Source of the DNA: the human T2T-CHM13v2.0 reference genome, Homo sapiens
Assembly: GCF_009914755.1 (NCBI RefSeq)
Contig: NC_060948.1
Strand: one strand, 5' to 3'
DNA: 64,000 bases
Numbering within the stretch: the first letter of the stretch is position 1; each line of letters begins with the position of its first letter. Made by a program: the position numbers and the translations under genes. Under the pieces are notes generated by a model. The model was not told the DNA's origin. It made no database searches and saw nothing but the letters and a program-made list of their open reading frames with translations. Shown piece after piece: positions 15,730 through 29,100 of this stretch.

Positions 15730-18700
15730 CTTCCATTTCATTCCATTCCATTCCATTCCATTCCTTTGCTTTCCATTCCATTCCATTCCATTAAATTCCT
15801 TTCCACTCTATTCCCTTCCATTCCACTCCATTCCATTCCACTCCTCTCCATTCCATTCCAGCCCATTGCACTCCTCTCTACTCCAGTCCATTCCATTCCA
15901 TTCCACTTCACTGCACTCCATTCCATTCCATTCCTTTCCATTCCAGTCCATTCCCCTGTACTCCATTCCTTTCCAATCCATTCCTCTCGACTGCACTCCA
16001 TTCCCTTCCCTTCCATTCCCTTCCTTTCCATTCCATTCCATTCTATTCCTTTCCACTCCACTGCACTACACTCCATTCCTTTCCATTTCACTCCAATCCA
16101 ATCCACTCCATTCCACTACACTTTTCTTATTTCCTTTCCACTTCCTCCATTCTATTCCTCTCCATTCCATTCCATTCCATTCCATTCCATTCCATTCCAT
16201 TCCATTCCATTCTCTCCACTCTATTACATTCCACTCCACTACATTTCATTCCATTTCACTCCACTCCCCTCCACTCCATTAACCTAAACCCCACTACTCT
16301 CCACTCCATTCTTTTCCACTTCTCTCCATTCCATTCCATTCTCTTCCATTCCATTCCACTGCACTCCGATCCACTCCACTCCACTCCACTCTACTCCATT
16401 GCATTCCGTTACATGTGATTCCATTCCACTCCATTCCACTTCTCTCCACTCCACTGCACTCTACTCCACTCCATTCCACTTCATCCCATTCCATTCTACT
16501 CCATTCCACTGCACTCGTCTTCACCCAATATCTCTCCACCTCATTGCATTCCATTCCATTCCACTGCCCTCCACCCTATTCCACTCCACTTCAGTCCACT
16601 CCACTCCACTCTACTCCAGTACACTCCATTCTATTCCATTCCATTCCTTTCTATCCTATTCCATTCCTTTCTAATCCATTCCATTCCATTCATTTGCTTT
16701 CCGTTCCATTCCATTCCATTAAATTCGTTTCCACTCTATTCCATTCCATTCCACTCCTCTCCATCCCATTCCAGCCCATTGCTCTCCTCTCTACTCCATT
16801 CCATTCCATTCCATTCCATTCCATTCCATTCCATTCCATTACATTCCACTCCACTGCACTCCATTCCATTCCCTTCCATTCCCTTCCATTCCATTCCATT
16901 CCGTTCCATTCAATTCCATTCTATTCCTTTCCACTCCACTGCACTACACTCCATTCCATTCCATTTCACTCCCACCCAATCCACTCCATTCCACTACACT
17001 TCTCTTATTTCCTTTCCATTTCCTCCATTATATTCCTCTCCATTCCATTCCGTTCCATTCCATTGAATTCCATTCCATTCCATTCCACTCCGTTCCATTC
17101 TCTCCACTCTATCACATTCCACTCCACTACATTCCATTTCATTTCACTCCACTCCCTGCCACTCCATTAACCTAAACCCCACGACTCTCAACTCCATTCT
17201 ATTCCACTCCATTCCATTCCATTCCATTCCATTCCACTGCACTCCGATCCACTCCACTCTACTCCATTGCATTCCGTTATATGTGATTCCATTCCACTCC
17301 ATTCCACTTCTCTCCACTCCACTGCACTCTACTCCACTCCATTCCACTCTATCCCATTCCATTCTACTCCATTCCACTGCACTCGTCTTCACCCAATATC
17401 TCTCCACTTCATTCCATTCCATTCGATTCCACTGCCCTCCACCCCATTCCACTCCACTTCACTCCACTCCACTCCACTCTACTCCAGTACACTCCATTCC
17501 CTTCCATTCCATTCCATTCCATTCCATTCAATTCTATCCTATTCCATTCCTTTCTAATCCATTCCATTCCTTTGTATTCCATTCCATTAAATTCCTTTCC
17601 ACTCTATTCCATTCCATTCCACTCTGTTCCATTCCACTCCTCTCCATTCCATTCCAGCCCATTGCACTCCTCTCTACTCCAGTCAATTCCATTCCATTCC
17701 ACTGCACTGCACTCCATTCCATTCCATTCCATTCCATTCCATTCCATTCCATTCCATTCCTTTCCATTCCAGTCCATTCCCCTCTACACCATTCCTTTCC
17801 AATCCATTCCTCTTGACTGCACTCCATTCCATTCCCTTCCATTCCCTTCCATTCCATTCCATTCCATTCCATTCCATTCCATTCCATTCCATTCCATACC
17901 ATTCTGTTCCTTTCCACTCCACTGCACTACACTCCATTCCATACCATTCCACTCCCATCCAATCCACTCCATTCCACTACACTTCTCTTATTTCCTTTCC
18001 ACTTCCTCCATTCTATTCCTCTCCACTCCATTCCATTGCATTCCAATCCATTCCACTCCATTCCATTCTCTCCACTCTATTACATTCCACTCCACTACAT
18101 TCCATTCCATTTCTCTCCACTCCCCTGCACTCCATTAACCTAAACCCCACGACCCTCCACTCCATTCTGTTCCACTTCTCTCCATTCCATTCCATTCCAT
18201 TCTCTTCCATTCCATTCCACTGCACTCCGATCCACTCCACTCCACTCCACTCTACTCCATTGCATTCCGTTACATGTGATTCCATTCCACTCCATTCCAC
18301 TTCTCTCTACTCCACTGCACTCTACTCCACTCCATTCCACTCTAACCCATTCCATTCTACTCCATTCTACTGCACTCGTCTTCACCCAATATCTCTCCAC
18401 CTCATTCCATTCCAATCCATTCCACTGCCCTCCACCCCATTCCATTCCACTCCACTTCACTCCACTGCACTCCACTCTACTCCAGTACTCTCCATTCCGT
18501 TCCATTCCATTCCATTCCATTTTATCCTATTCCATTCCTTTCCAATCCATTCCATTCCATTCCTTTGCTTTCCATTCCATTCCATTCCATTAAATGCCTT
18601 AACACTCTATTCCATTCCATTGCACTCCATTCCATTCCACTCCTCTCCATTCCATTCCAGCCCATTGCACTCCTCTTTACTCCAGTCTATTCCATTCCAT

Positions 18701-18990
18701 TCCATTTCACTCCTCTGCACTCCATTCCATTCCATTCCATTCCAGTCCATTCCCCTCTACTCCATTCCTTTCCAATCCATTCCTCTCGACTGCACTCCAT
18801 TCCATTCCCTTCCATTCCATTCCATTCCATTCCATTCCATTCCATTCCATTCCATACCATTCTATTCCTTTCCACTCCACTGCACTACACTCCATTCCTT
18901 TCCATTTCACTCCCATCCAATCCACTCCATTCCACTACACTTCTGTTATTTCCTTTCCACTTCCTCCATTCTATTCCTCTCCATTCCATT
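15730..18990 (+). repeat. Alu-free higher-order tandem repeat of ~0.87-1.0 kb, about 3.5 copies
   Basis: The marker ccagcccattgc occurs at ~15858, 16771, 17654 and 18657; aacctaaacccc at 16281, 17169 and 18137; cgtcttcacccaatatctctcc at 16516, 17384 and 18377. Confidence 0.9.
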
Positions 18991-19755
18991 CCATTCCATT
19001 CCATTCCATTCCATTCCATTCCATTCCTTCCTCGAGAGTATCTCACTCTGTCACCCAGCCTGGATTGCCGTGACACAATATCAGCTCTCATTTCATTTCA
19101 CCATTCCATTACATTCTATTCCACTCCACTAGACTCCACTCCATTCCATTCCACTCCACTCCACTTCATTGCATTCCAGTCCATTCCACTCATTTCCTTT
19201 CCTTCGAATTCCATTGCACTCCTTTCCTCTCCACTGCACTCCACTGCACTGCACTCCATTCCATTCTGTTCCACTCCATTGCATTCCATTCCAGTCTTCT
19301 CCACTCCACTCAACTCCATTCCACTAATTTCCTTTCTGTTCCACTCCATTCCATTCTATGCCATTCCACTCTACTCCATTGCAGTCTACTGCATTCCACT
19401 CCACTCTACTCCTTTCCACTCCTCTTCAGTCCACTCCAGTCCACTCCATTCAAATACTCTCTACTCCTATCCATTCCACTCCACTTCAGACCGCTCCCCT
19501 CCATTCCATTTCCCTGCCCTCCGATCCACTCCACACAACTCCACTCCACTCCGCTCCACTCTGTTCCATTCCATTCGGTTTGTTTTGTTCTGTTCCTTTC
19601 CACTCCAATCCACTCCATTTCACTGTACTCAACTACATTCCATTACATCTGATTCCATTTCACTACATTCCAGTCCTTTCCATTTCACTACACTCCATTC
19701 CATACCATACCACTGCATTCCATTCCAATATTTTCTTTTGGCAGGATTTCCCTGT

Positions 19756-19811
19756 GTCACCAAGGCTGGATTGCAGTGGCACAGTCACCAAGGCTGGATT
19801 GCAGTGGCACA
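19756..19811 (+). repeat. Perfect 28-bp tandem duplication inside an Alu fragment
   Basis: gtcaccaaggctggattgcagtggcaca occurs twice (19756-19783 and 19784-19811). Confidence 0.93.
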
Positions 19812-22800
19812 ATCTCAGCTCACATTTCATTTCACCATTCCATTAGCCTCCATTCCATTACATTCCACTCCACTCCTCTCCATTCCTCTCCACTCCACTC
19901 AATTCCATTCCATTCCTTTATTTCGATTGGATTTCACACTATCACCCTGACTGCAGTGCAATAGCACAATCTTAGCACATATTTTATTTCACCATTGCAT
20001 TCCATTCCATTCCACTCCATTCCATTCCATTCAACTCCATTCCATTCCATTCCGTTCCTCTCCATTCCATTCCATTCCATTCCACTCCATTCCATTCCAT
20101 TCCATTCCATTCCATTCCATTCCATTCCATTCCACTGCATTGCACTCAGCTCCACTCAATTCCACTCCACTCCAATCCATTCCTTACCATTCCATTTAAA
20201 TCCCTTCCATTCCACTCCTTTCTTTCAACACATTGTCCCTGTCACACAGGTTGTAGCGCAGTGGCACAAACTCAGCACACTTCACTTTTCTCCATATCAT
20301 TCCTTTCCACTCCACTCCCCTCCTCTCCTTTCCACTCCACTCCATTCCACTCCACTCCACTCCAATCCATTTCATTCCATCCCATTCCATTCCACTCCTT
20401 TCAAATCCACTCCACTCCATTCCATTTTATTCCACTGTATTCTATTCCTTGATTTTCTTTCTACAGGATCGCAATCTGTCACACAGGCTGGAGTGCAGTG
20501 GCACAATCTCAACCCACATTTTGTTTCACCCTTCCATTAAATTCCATTCCATTCCATTCCATTCCATTCCATTCCATTCCATTCCATTCCATTCCATTCC
20601 ATTCCCCTCCATTCCATTCCCTTCCACTCCACTCCAATGCACTCCACTCCACTCCACTCTAATGAATTCAATTCTTCTTCATTCAATTGCATTCTTTTTT
20701 TTTTTTGGACTGGATATCACGCTCTCACCAAGACAGGAGTGCAGTGGCACAATCTAAGCTTACATTACATTTCACCATTCCATTCCATTTCATTCCATTC
20801 CATTCCATTCCATAGCATTCAATTACACACTACTCCGTCCATCCCATTCCACTCCACTCCATTCCATTCCACTCCACTCCCCTCCAATCCATTCCACTCT
20901 ACTCCAATCAATTCCAATCCACTCCACTCCATTCCACTACACTCCATTCTATTCAATTCTTTTTCATGCTATTCCATTCAACTGCTTTGCATTTCATTCC
21001 ACTCCACTGAACTCCACTTCATTCCATTCCACTTCTCTCTACCCCACAGCACTCCATTCCCTTCCACTCCACTGCACTCCACCCCACTCCACTCTGATCT
21101 GCTCCATTCCATTCCACTCCACTGCATTCCATCCCACACTTCAGTCCCCTCCATTCCATTGCATTCCGTTCCATTCTTTTCCATTCCATTCCTCTCCTCT
21201 CCTTTTCATTCAATTCCACTTCACTCTACTCAACTCTATTCCATTCCATTCTTCTCCAATCCATTACTTTCCACTCCATTCCATTCCATTCCACTCCACT
21301 CCACTCCACTCCACTCCATTCCACTCCACTCCACTCCATTCTATTACAATCCACTCCATTATATTCCATTCCACTAGACTCCACACCACTCCAGTCCCCT
21401 CCAATCTACCTCACGGCACTGCATTCCATTCCATTAAATTCCACTCCTTTACATCCCATTCCTTTCCTTCAACAGAATCTCATTCTGCAACCAGGCTGGA
21501 GTGCAGTGGCAAAATCTCAGCTCATATTTCATTTATCATTCCATTCTATTCCATTCCATTTTTATCCATTCTATTCCCGTCTACTACATTCCATTCCACT
21601 CCACTCCACTCCATTCCACTCAATTTCATTCCATTCCATTCCATTCCATTCCATTCCATTCCATTCCACTCTACTGCACTCCTCTCCACCACACTCCTAT
21701 CCACTGCATTCCATTCCATTAAATTGCATTCCAGGCATTTCATTCCACTCCACTCCACTAAACTCCAATACGTTCCATTCTTCACCAGTCTACTCGATTT
21801 CACTCCATTCCACTCCACCCCAGTCCATTCCACTCCATTCCACAACACTCCAGTACATTCCTTTCCACTCCACTCCATTCTCTTCCATTCCATTCCATTC
21901 AATTTCTCTTCATTTCATTCCATTCCCCTCTATTCCATTCAACTTCACTCCATTAGATTCCAGTCAACTCCATTCCACTCCACTCCACTCCATTCCATTC
22001 CATTCCATTCTATTCTATTCCATTCTATTCCATTCCACTCCACTCCACTCCTTTCCGTTACAATACATTCCACTCCATTCCACTCTACTCCACTCCACTG
22101 AACTCCATTCCATTGCATTCCACTCCATTTTATTCCATTACATTCCACTCCACTCCACACCACTCCACTCCATTCCACTCCATTCCACTCCATTCCTTTC
22201 CATTCCACTCCACTCTACTCCACTCCTCTTCACTATGCTCCATTCCATTGCATTCCAATCCACTCCATTCCACTCCACTCCCTTCCTTTCCATTGCACTA
22301 CACCCAATTCCACTCCACTCCACTCCATTCCCCTTCAGTCCAGTCCACTCCACCCCATGCCACTCCTCTGTAGTGCATTCCACTCCACTGCACTCCACTC
22401 TACTCCAATCCACTCCATTACATTCCATTCCGTTTGATTTCACTCCACTGCATTCCATTCCTTTCTTTCAACAAGATATCATTGTATCACCCAGACTGGA
22501 GTGCAGTGGCACAGTCTCAACTGACATTACATGTCCTCTTTCTTTTGCATTGCATTCTATTCCATTGCCTTGCATTGCATTGCATTGCGTTGCATTCCAG
22601 AGCATTGTATTGCATTCCATTCCATTCCATTCCTTTCCATCCCATTCCATTCCATTCCACTTCCTTCCATTCCATTCAACCCCATTCACCTCCACTCCAC
22701 TCCACTCCACCCCACTCCATTGCATTCCATTCCATTACAGTGCACTCCACTGCACTCCATTCCATTCCACTTCAATCCACTCCACTCCACTCCTCTCCAT

Positions 22801-25800
22801 TAAATTCCATTCCATTCCACTCTATTCCACTCTTCTCCACCACACTTAACTCCATTCCATTCCATTCCATTCCACTCCATTCCATTCCATCCCACTCCAT
22901 TCCAGTCCATTCCACTCCACTCCACTCCACTCCACTATATTACTTTCCATTCCTCTCACTCCACTCCATTCCACTCCATTCCACTTCACTCCACTCCATT
23001 CCAGTCCACTCCACTGCATCCCACTGCACTCCACTGCATTCCATTCCACTCCACTCCATTCCCTTCCATTCAATTCCACCCCCTTCCACTCCACTCCATT
23101 CCACTCCCCTCTGTTCCATTTCACCCCACTCATTTCCATTCCTGTCAACTCCATTCTACTCCACTCTACTCCATTCCTTTCCTTTCTATTCCACTCCATA
23201 CCACTCCATTCCATTCCATTCTACTCCACTCAAATCCACTTCATTCCACTCCATTCCACTCCAGTGAACTCCTTTCCACTCCATTCCATTACCTTCCACT
23301 CCACTCCTCTCCGTTCCGTTCCATTCTACTCCATTCCACTCTACTCCACTTCACTCCACTCCAATTCACTCCGCTCCATTCCATTCCAATCCTTTCCACT
23401 GCATTCCACTTCACTCCATTCCATTCCATTCCACTCCACCCCATTCCACTCCTCTCCATTCCATTCCAATCCAGTTCAATCCGCTCCACCCCATTCCAAT
23501 CCACCCCACTGTATACCACTCCAATCCACTCCATTCTACTCCAATCCAGTCCATTCCATTCCATTTCTCTCCACTGTATTCCATTCCTTTCTTTCAACAG
23601 GATGTCACTGTGTTACCCAGGCTGGAGTGCAGTTACAGTATCTCAGCTCAAATTGAATGTCAACTTTCCATTGCGTTGCATTCTATTTCATTGCCTTACA
23701 ATGCTTTGCGTTGCATGGCATTCCATTGCATTGCAAAGCATTCCATTCCATTCCATTCCATTCCATTCCATTCCATTCCATTCCATTCCATTCCATTCCA
23801 TTCCATTCGTTTCCATTCCATTCCACTCCATTCCATTCCATTCCTTTCTTTAAACAGGATCTCTCTCTGTCACAAAGGCAAGAGTGCAGTGGCAGATTCT
23901 CAGCTTACATTTATTTTCACCATTCCATTGTATTCCATTCCATCCCATTCCATTCTACTCTATTTCACTCCACTCCACTTCTCTCCATTCCTTTCCAATC
24001 GACTCCATTGCACTCCATTCCAATCCACTCCACTCCACTCCATTCCATTCCATTCCATTTCACTCCATTGCATTCCATTCCTTCCTTTCGACAGGATATC
24101 ACTGTGTCACCAAGACTTAATTGTAGTGGCACAATCTCACCTCACATTACATGTCAACTTTCCATTGCATTGTATTCTACTCCATTGCATTCCATTGCAT
24201 TCCCTTCCATTCCTTTGTATTTCATTCCACTCCACTCCATTGCACTCCATTTCACTCCACTCCTTTGCTCTCCACTGCATTCCACTACATTCCTTTTCAC
24301 TCTACTCCATTCCACTCCAATAGACTCCACTAAACGCCACTCCATTCCATTCCACTCCACTCCACTCCAGGCCAATCCAGTCCACTCCATTCCACTCCAC
24401 TCCAATCCATTCCATTTGACTCCACTCCATTCCATTCCACTTCACTCCATTACAATCCTATCTACTCCACTCCATTCCACTCCACTCCACTCCATTCCAT
24501 TCCTGTCCAATCCACTCCATTCCTCTCCACTCCACCCCACTCCACTCCATTTCATTCCACTCTACTCCATTCCACTCCACTCCACTGGATTCCAATCCAC
24601 TCCACCCCACTGCATCCATTCCATTCCATTCCACTGCACTCCACTCCTCTCCATTCCACTCCATTCCATTCCATTCCACTCCATTCCACTCTACTCCCCT
24701 ACTCTCCACTCCAATCCACTCCACTCCTTTCCATTCCATTACATTCCACTCTATTCCACTGCTCTCCATCCCATTCCATTCTTCTCCTCCCCATTCCACA
24801 CCTCTCCACTCCTTTCCTCTCCTGTCCCATCCACTCTAACCCATTCCACTCCACCCCATTCCACTCCACCCCACTGCATTCCACTCCACTCCATGCCATT
24901 CCATTCCACTGCATTCCACTCCAATCCCCTCTACTTCACTCCACTCCACTCCTCTCCAGTACAGTCTGTTCCTTTCCACTGCATTAATTTCCATTCCTTT
25001 TTTTGGAAGGATCTCACTCTGTCACCCAGGCTGCTGTGCAGTGGCACAATCTCAGCTCACATTTCATTTCTCCTTTCCGTTCCATTCCATTCCACTGCAC
25101 TCCACTCCAACCCACTTAATTGCATTCCACTCCACTCCAATCCGTTACATTCCATTCCTATCCAATCCCTTACATTCCACTCCTTTCTTTTGAAAGTATA
25201 TCCCTCTGTCACCGATGCTGTAGCATAGTCATGCAATCTCAGCACACATTTCTTTTCACCATTCCATTGCGTTCCATTCCATTTCTCTCCACTCCCTTCC
25301 ACTGCTTTCCATTCCACTCCACTCAACTCCATTCCATTGCAATCCACTGCACTCGACTCCACTCAGTTTCATTCCATTCCACTCCATTCCCCTCCCCTCC
25401 TCTCCTTTCCATTCCAATCCTCTCCATTCCACTCCATTCCATTCCATTCCATTCCATTCCATTCAACTCGTTTTCACTCCACTCCACTCCACTCCTTCCC
25501 ATTCCACTCCATCCCATTCCATTCGACTCCATTCCACTCCACTCCACTCCTCTCTTTTCTAATCCACTTCATGCGATTCCATTCCATTCCATTCCATTTC
25601 AAACCGTTGCATTCCATTCCTTTCTTTTGAGAGGATATCACTATGTCACCCAGGCTGGTGTGCAGTGGTATAATCTCAGCTAACATTACATGTCAACTTT
25701 CCATTGCATTGCATTCTATTCCTTTGCTTTGCATTGCATTGCATTGTTTTCCATTACCTTGCATTCTATTCCATTCCGTTTCATTCCAGGGCATTCCTTT

Positions 25801-26180
25801 GCATTCCACTCCTTTCCATTCCATTCCACTCCACTCCATTTCACTCAACTTCACTCCACTCCATTCCATTCCATTCCATTACACTCACTCCACTCCATAC
25901 CATCCCACCCTTTCCACTCCATTCCACTCAATTCCAGTTCACTTCACTCCAGTCCAATCCACTCGATTCCACTTCAATCCATTCCGTTCCATTCCACTCC
26001 ATTCCATTCCACTCCACTTCATTCCATTCCACTCCACCCCATTCCATTCCAGTCCACTGCACTCCATCGACTCCATTTCATTCCATTCCATTCCACTCCA
26101 CTGCACACCACTCCATTCCATTACACACCATTCCTTTCCACTCCACCCCACTCCAATCCATTCTTGTCCACTCCACTCCA

Positions 26181-29100
26181 ATGGGGGCATTGTTACATAT
26201 TTCTGCACTGATCACCCAGGTAATGCAACTGTTGTCTACACTCTGCCTACAGGGGCATTGTGACATATCACTACACTGATCCCACAGGTGATGAGACTCT
26301 TCTCCACGCTCTGCCTACAGGGGTCTTTGTGACATATCACTGCACTGATCACTCAGGTGATGGGACTCTTCTCTATACTCTGCCTAGAGGGGGATTTGTA
26401 ACATAGTTTTGCTCTGACCACCCAGGAGATGGAAGTCTTGTCTAGGCTCTATCTATGGGGGCATTGTGTCAAATATCCGCACTGATCATCGAGGGGATTT
26501 AACGTTGTCAAGGCTCTGTCTACAGGGATTTTTGTGGCATATCACTGCATTAATCACCAAGATGATGTAACTCTTCTCTAGGCTCTGTTTACATGGGCAT
26601 TTTCACCTATCACTGCACTGATCACCCAGGTGATGTAACCCTTGTCTAGGCTCTGCCTACCAGGGCTTTGTGACACATCTCTACACTGATCACCCGGGTG
26701 ATGTAAGTCTTTGTTGGATCTGCCTATGGGAGCATGCGACATATCTCTGCAGTGATCACCCAGGTGACAGGACCCTTTTCTAGGCTCTCTGTATGGGGGA
26801 TTTGTGACATATCTCCGCACTGATCACCAAGGTGATGTAACGTTTGACTAGGCTCTGCCTACTGGGGCATAGTGACATATCACTGCACTAATCACCGAGC
26901 TGATGTACCTCTTACCCAGGCTCTGCCAATACGGGGTCTTTTGACATATCTCTGCACTGATTGTCTAGGTGATGTTACTCTTGATTACGTTCTGCCTGCA
27001 GGGGCATTGTGAAATATATATTTACTGATCAAACAGGATATGTAACTCTTCTCTAATCTCTGTCTACAGGTGGCATTGTGGCATAACACTGCACTGATCA
27101 CCCAGGTGATGGGACTCTTCTCCAGGTTATGCCTACTGGGGACACTGTCACATATTTCTGCAGTGATCACCCAGGTGACGGACTTTTGTCTTGGATCTGG
27201 CTATGGGTGCAATGTGACATATCTCTGCATTGATCATCCAGGTCATGTAACTCTGGTCTAAGCACTGCCTAAAGGGACATTGTGACAGATCTCTGCACTG
27301 ATCACTCAGGTGATCTAACTATTGTCTAGGTTCTGCTTAAAGGAGCCTTGTCACATACCTCTGCACTGATTACCGAGGTGATGTAACTCTTGTCAAGGAT
27401 CTCCTTTCAGGGGGTATTGTTACACGTCTCTGAACTGATCACCTAAGTGATGTGACACTAGCGTAGGCTTTGCCTACAGGGGCATTTTGACATATCTCTG
27501 CACTGTTAACCGAGGTGATGTAACTATTTTCTAGGCTGTGACCACAGGGGGATCGAGACATATATCTGCACTAATCGCCAGGTGATCCAACTGTTGTCTG
27601 GGCTCTGCCTACTGGGGACATTGTGACATATCTCTGCACTGATCTCCCAAGTGATGTAACTTTTGTCTAGGCTCTGGCTACGCGGCATTTTGACATATCA
27701 CTGCACTGGACACCCAAGTGATATAACTCGTGTCTAGGCTCTGCCTACAGGGGGCCTGTGACATACCTCTGCACTGATCACCCAAGTGATGTAACTCTTG
27801 TCTGGGATCTGCCTGCAGGTTGCTTTGTGACATATCCCGTCAATGATCACCCAGGTGATGTACCACTTGTCAAGGCTCTGCCTACAGGGGCATTGTGAAG
27901 TATCTCTGCACTGATCACCTAGGTCATATAACCCTTGTCTAGGATCTCTCTGCAGTGGCATTGTGACATATCTCTGCAGTGATCACCCAGGTAATGTAAC
28001 TCTTGTCTAGGATCTGCCTATAGGGTGCTTTGTGACATTTCCCTGCAATGATCACCCAGGTGATATGCCATTTGTCTAGGCTCTGCCTACAGGGACATTA
28101 CGATGTATCTCTGAACTGATCACCTAGATCACGTATTTTTTTCTAGGTTCTGCCTACAGTGGCACTGTGGCATATCTCTGCAGTGATCACCCAGGTGATG
28201 TAACTCTTGTCTAGAATCTGACTACATGGTGCTTTGTGACATATCCCTGCAATGTTCACCAAGGTGTTGTACCACTTGTCAAAGCTCTGCCTGCTGGAGC
28301 ACTGCGACGTATCTCTACACTAATCACCTAGGTCATGTAATTCTTTTCTAGGATCTTCCAACAGTGGCATTGTGACATATCTCTGCACTGATCACCCAGG
28401 TGATGTAACACTTGTCTAGGATCTGTCTAAAAAGACTTTGTGACATAACTTTGCGCTGATCCCCCAGGTGAAGGGACTTTTGTCTATGCTCTGCTACGGT
28501 GGCATTGTGACATATCTCTACACTGATCACCCAGGTGTTGTAACTCTTGTGTTGGATCTGCCTACTGGGCATTGCGACATATTGCTGCACTGATCACCAA
28601 GGTGATGTGACTCTTGTCTTGTCTAGGCTCGGTGTATGGGGGATTTGTGACTTATCTCTGCACTGATTACCCAGGTGATGTAACGCTTGACTAGGCTCTG
28701 CCTACTGGGACACAGAGACAGATCATTGCATTGATCATCAAGCTGATTTGTCTGTTGTCCAGGATCTGTCTACAGGGGGCCTTGTGACGTATCTCTGCAC
28801 TGATCATCTAGGTGCTGTATCTCTTGCTTACGTTCTTTTTGCAGGGGCTTTGTGAAATATCTCTGTATTGATCAACCAGGTGATGTAACTCTTGTCTAGG
28901 CTCTGCCTACAGGGGGCATTGTGGAATAACTCTGCACTGATCACCCAGGTGATGTAACTCATCTGAGCTCTGCCTACAGGGGCCTTGTGACATATCACTG
29001 CACTAATCACCCCGGGGAGAGAATTCCTCTCTAGGCTCTACTTACAGGGGGCTTTGTGACCTGTCTCTGCAATGATCACCCAGTGATGTAACACTTGTCT

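Larger units (their letters stand above)
256..25684 (-). mobile_element. ~32 dispersed copies of a ~55-60 bp Alu 3'-end fragment (antisense) in the left HSat3 arm; span given, not continuous
   Basis: Consensus gactggatctcactctgtcacccagactggagtgcagtggcacaatcttagctcac is the reverse complement of the Alu right-arm end GTGAGCCGAGATCGCGCCACTGCACTCCAGCCTGGGCGACAGAGCGAGAC. Approximate starts: 256, 1378, 3420, 4002, 4804, 5641, 5931, 6784, 6936, 9504, 10746, 10968, 11355, 12036, 13243, 13679, 14688, 15028, 19034, 19741, 19925, 20229, 20463, 20708, 21471, 22470, 23597, 23854, 24090, 25006, 25192, 25630. Confidence 0.9.
1..26180 (+). repeat. Satellite III-type (HSat3) array, diverged (CATTC)n/(CACTC)n, left arm, with interspersed Alu fragments
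   Basis: Continuous pentamer periodicity CATTC/CACTC with very few G on the + strand. CATTCCATTC dominates and the HSat2-type CATTCGATTC is rare. The array ends abruptly at ...ctccactcca|atgggggcattg. Confidence 0.95.

Noticed and set aside
1-26180. Classification as HSat2 (HSATII)
   Set aside because: CATTCGATTC and ATGATG-type HSat2 motifs are only sporadic (e.g. ~505, ~9862); CATTCCATTC and CACTC dominate.
266-26279. Long ORFs (up to 716 aa) of HSIPF/HSTPL repeats on + and MEWNG/VEWSG repeats on -
   Set aside because: These are the direct translation of (CATTC)n/(CACTC)n. A G-poor pentamer rarely makes stops, so all frames are open at once. There are no domains or gene structure.
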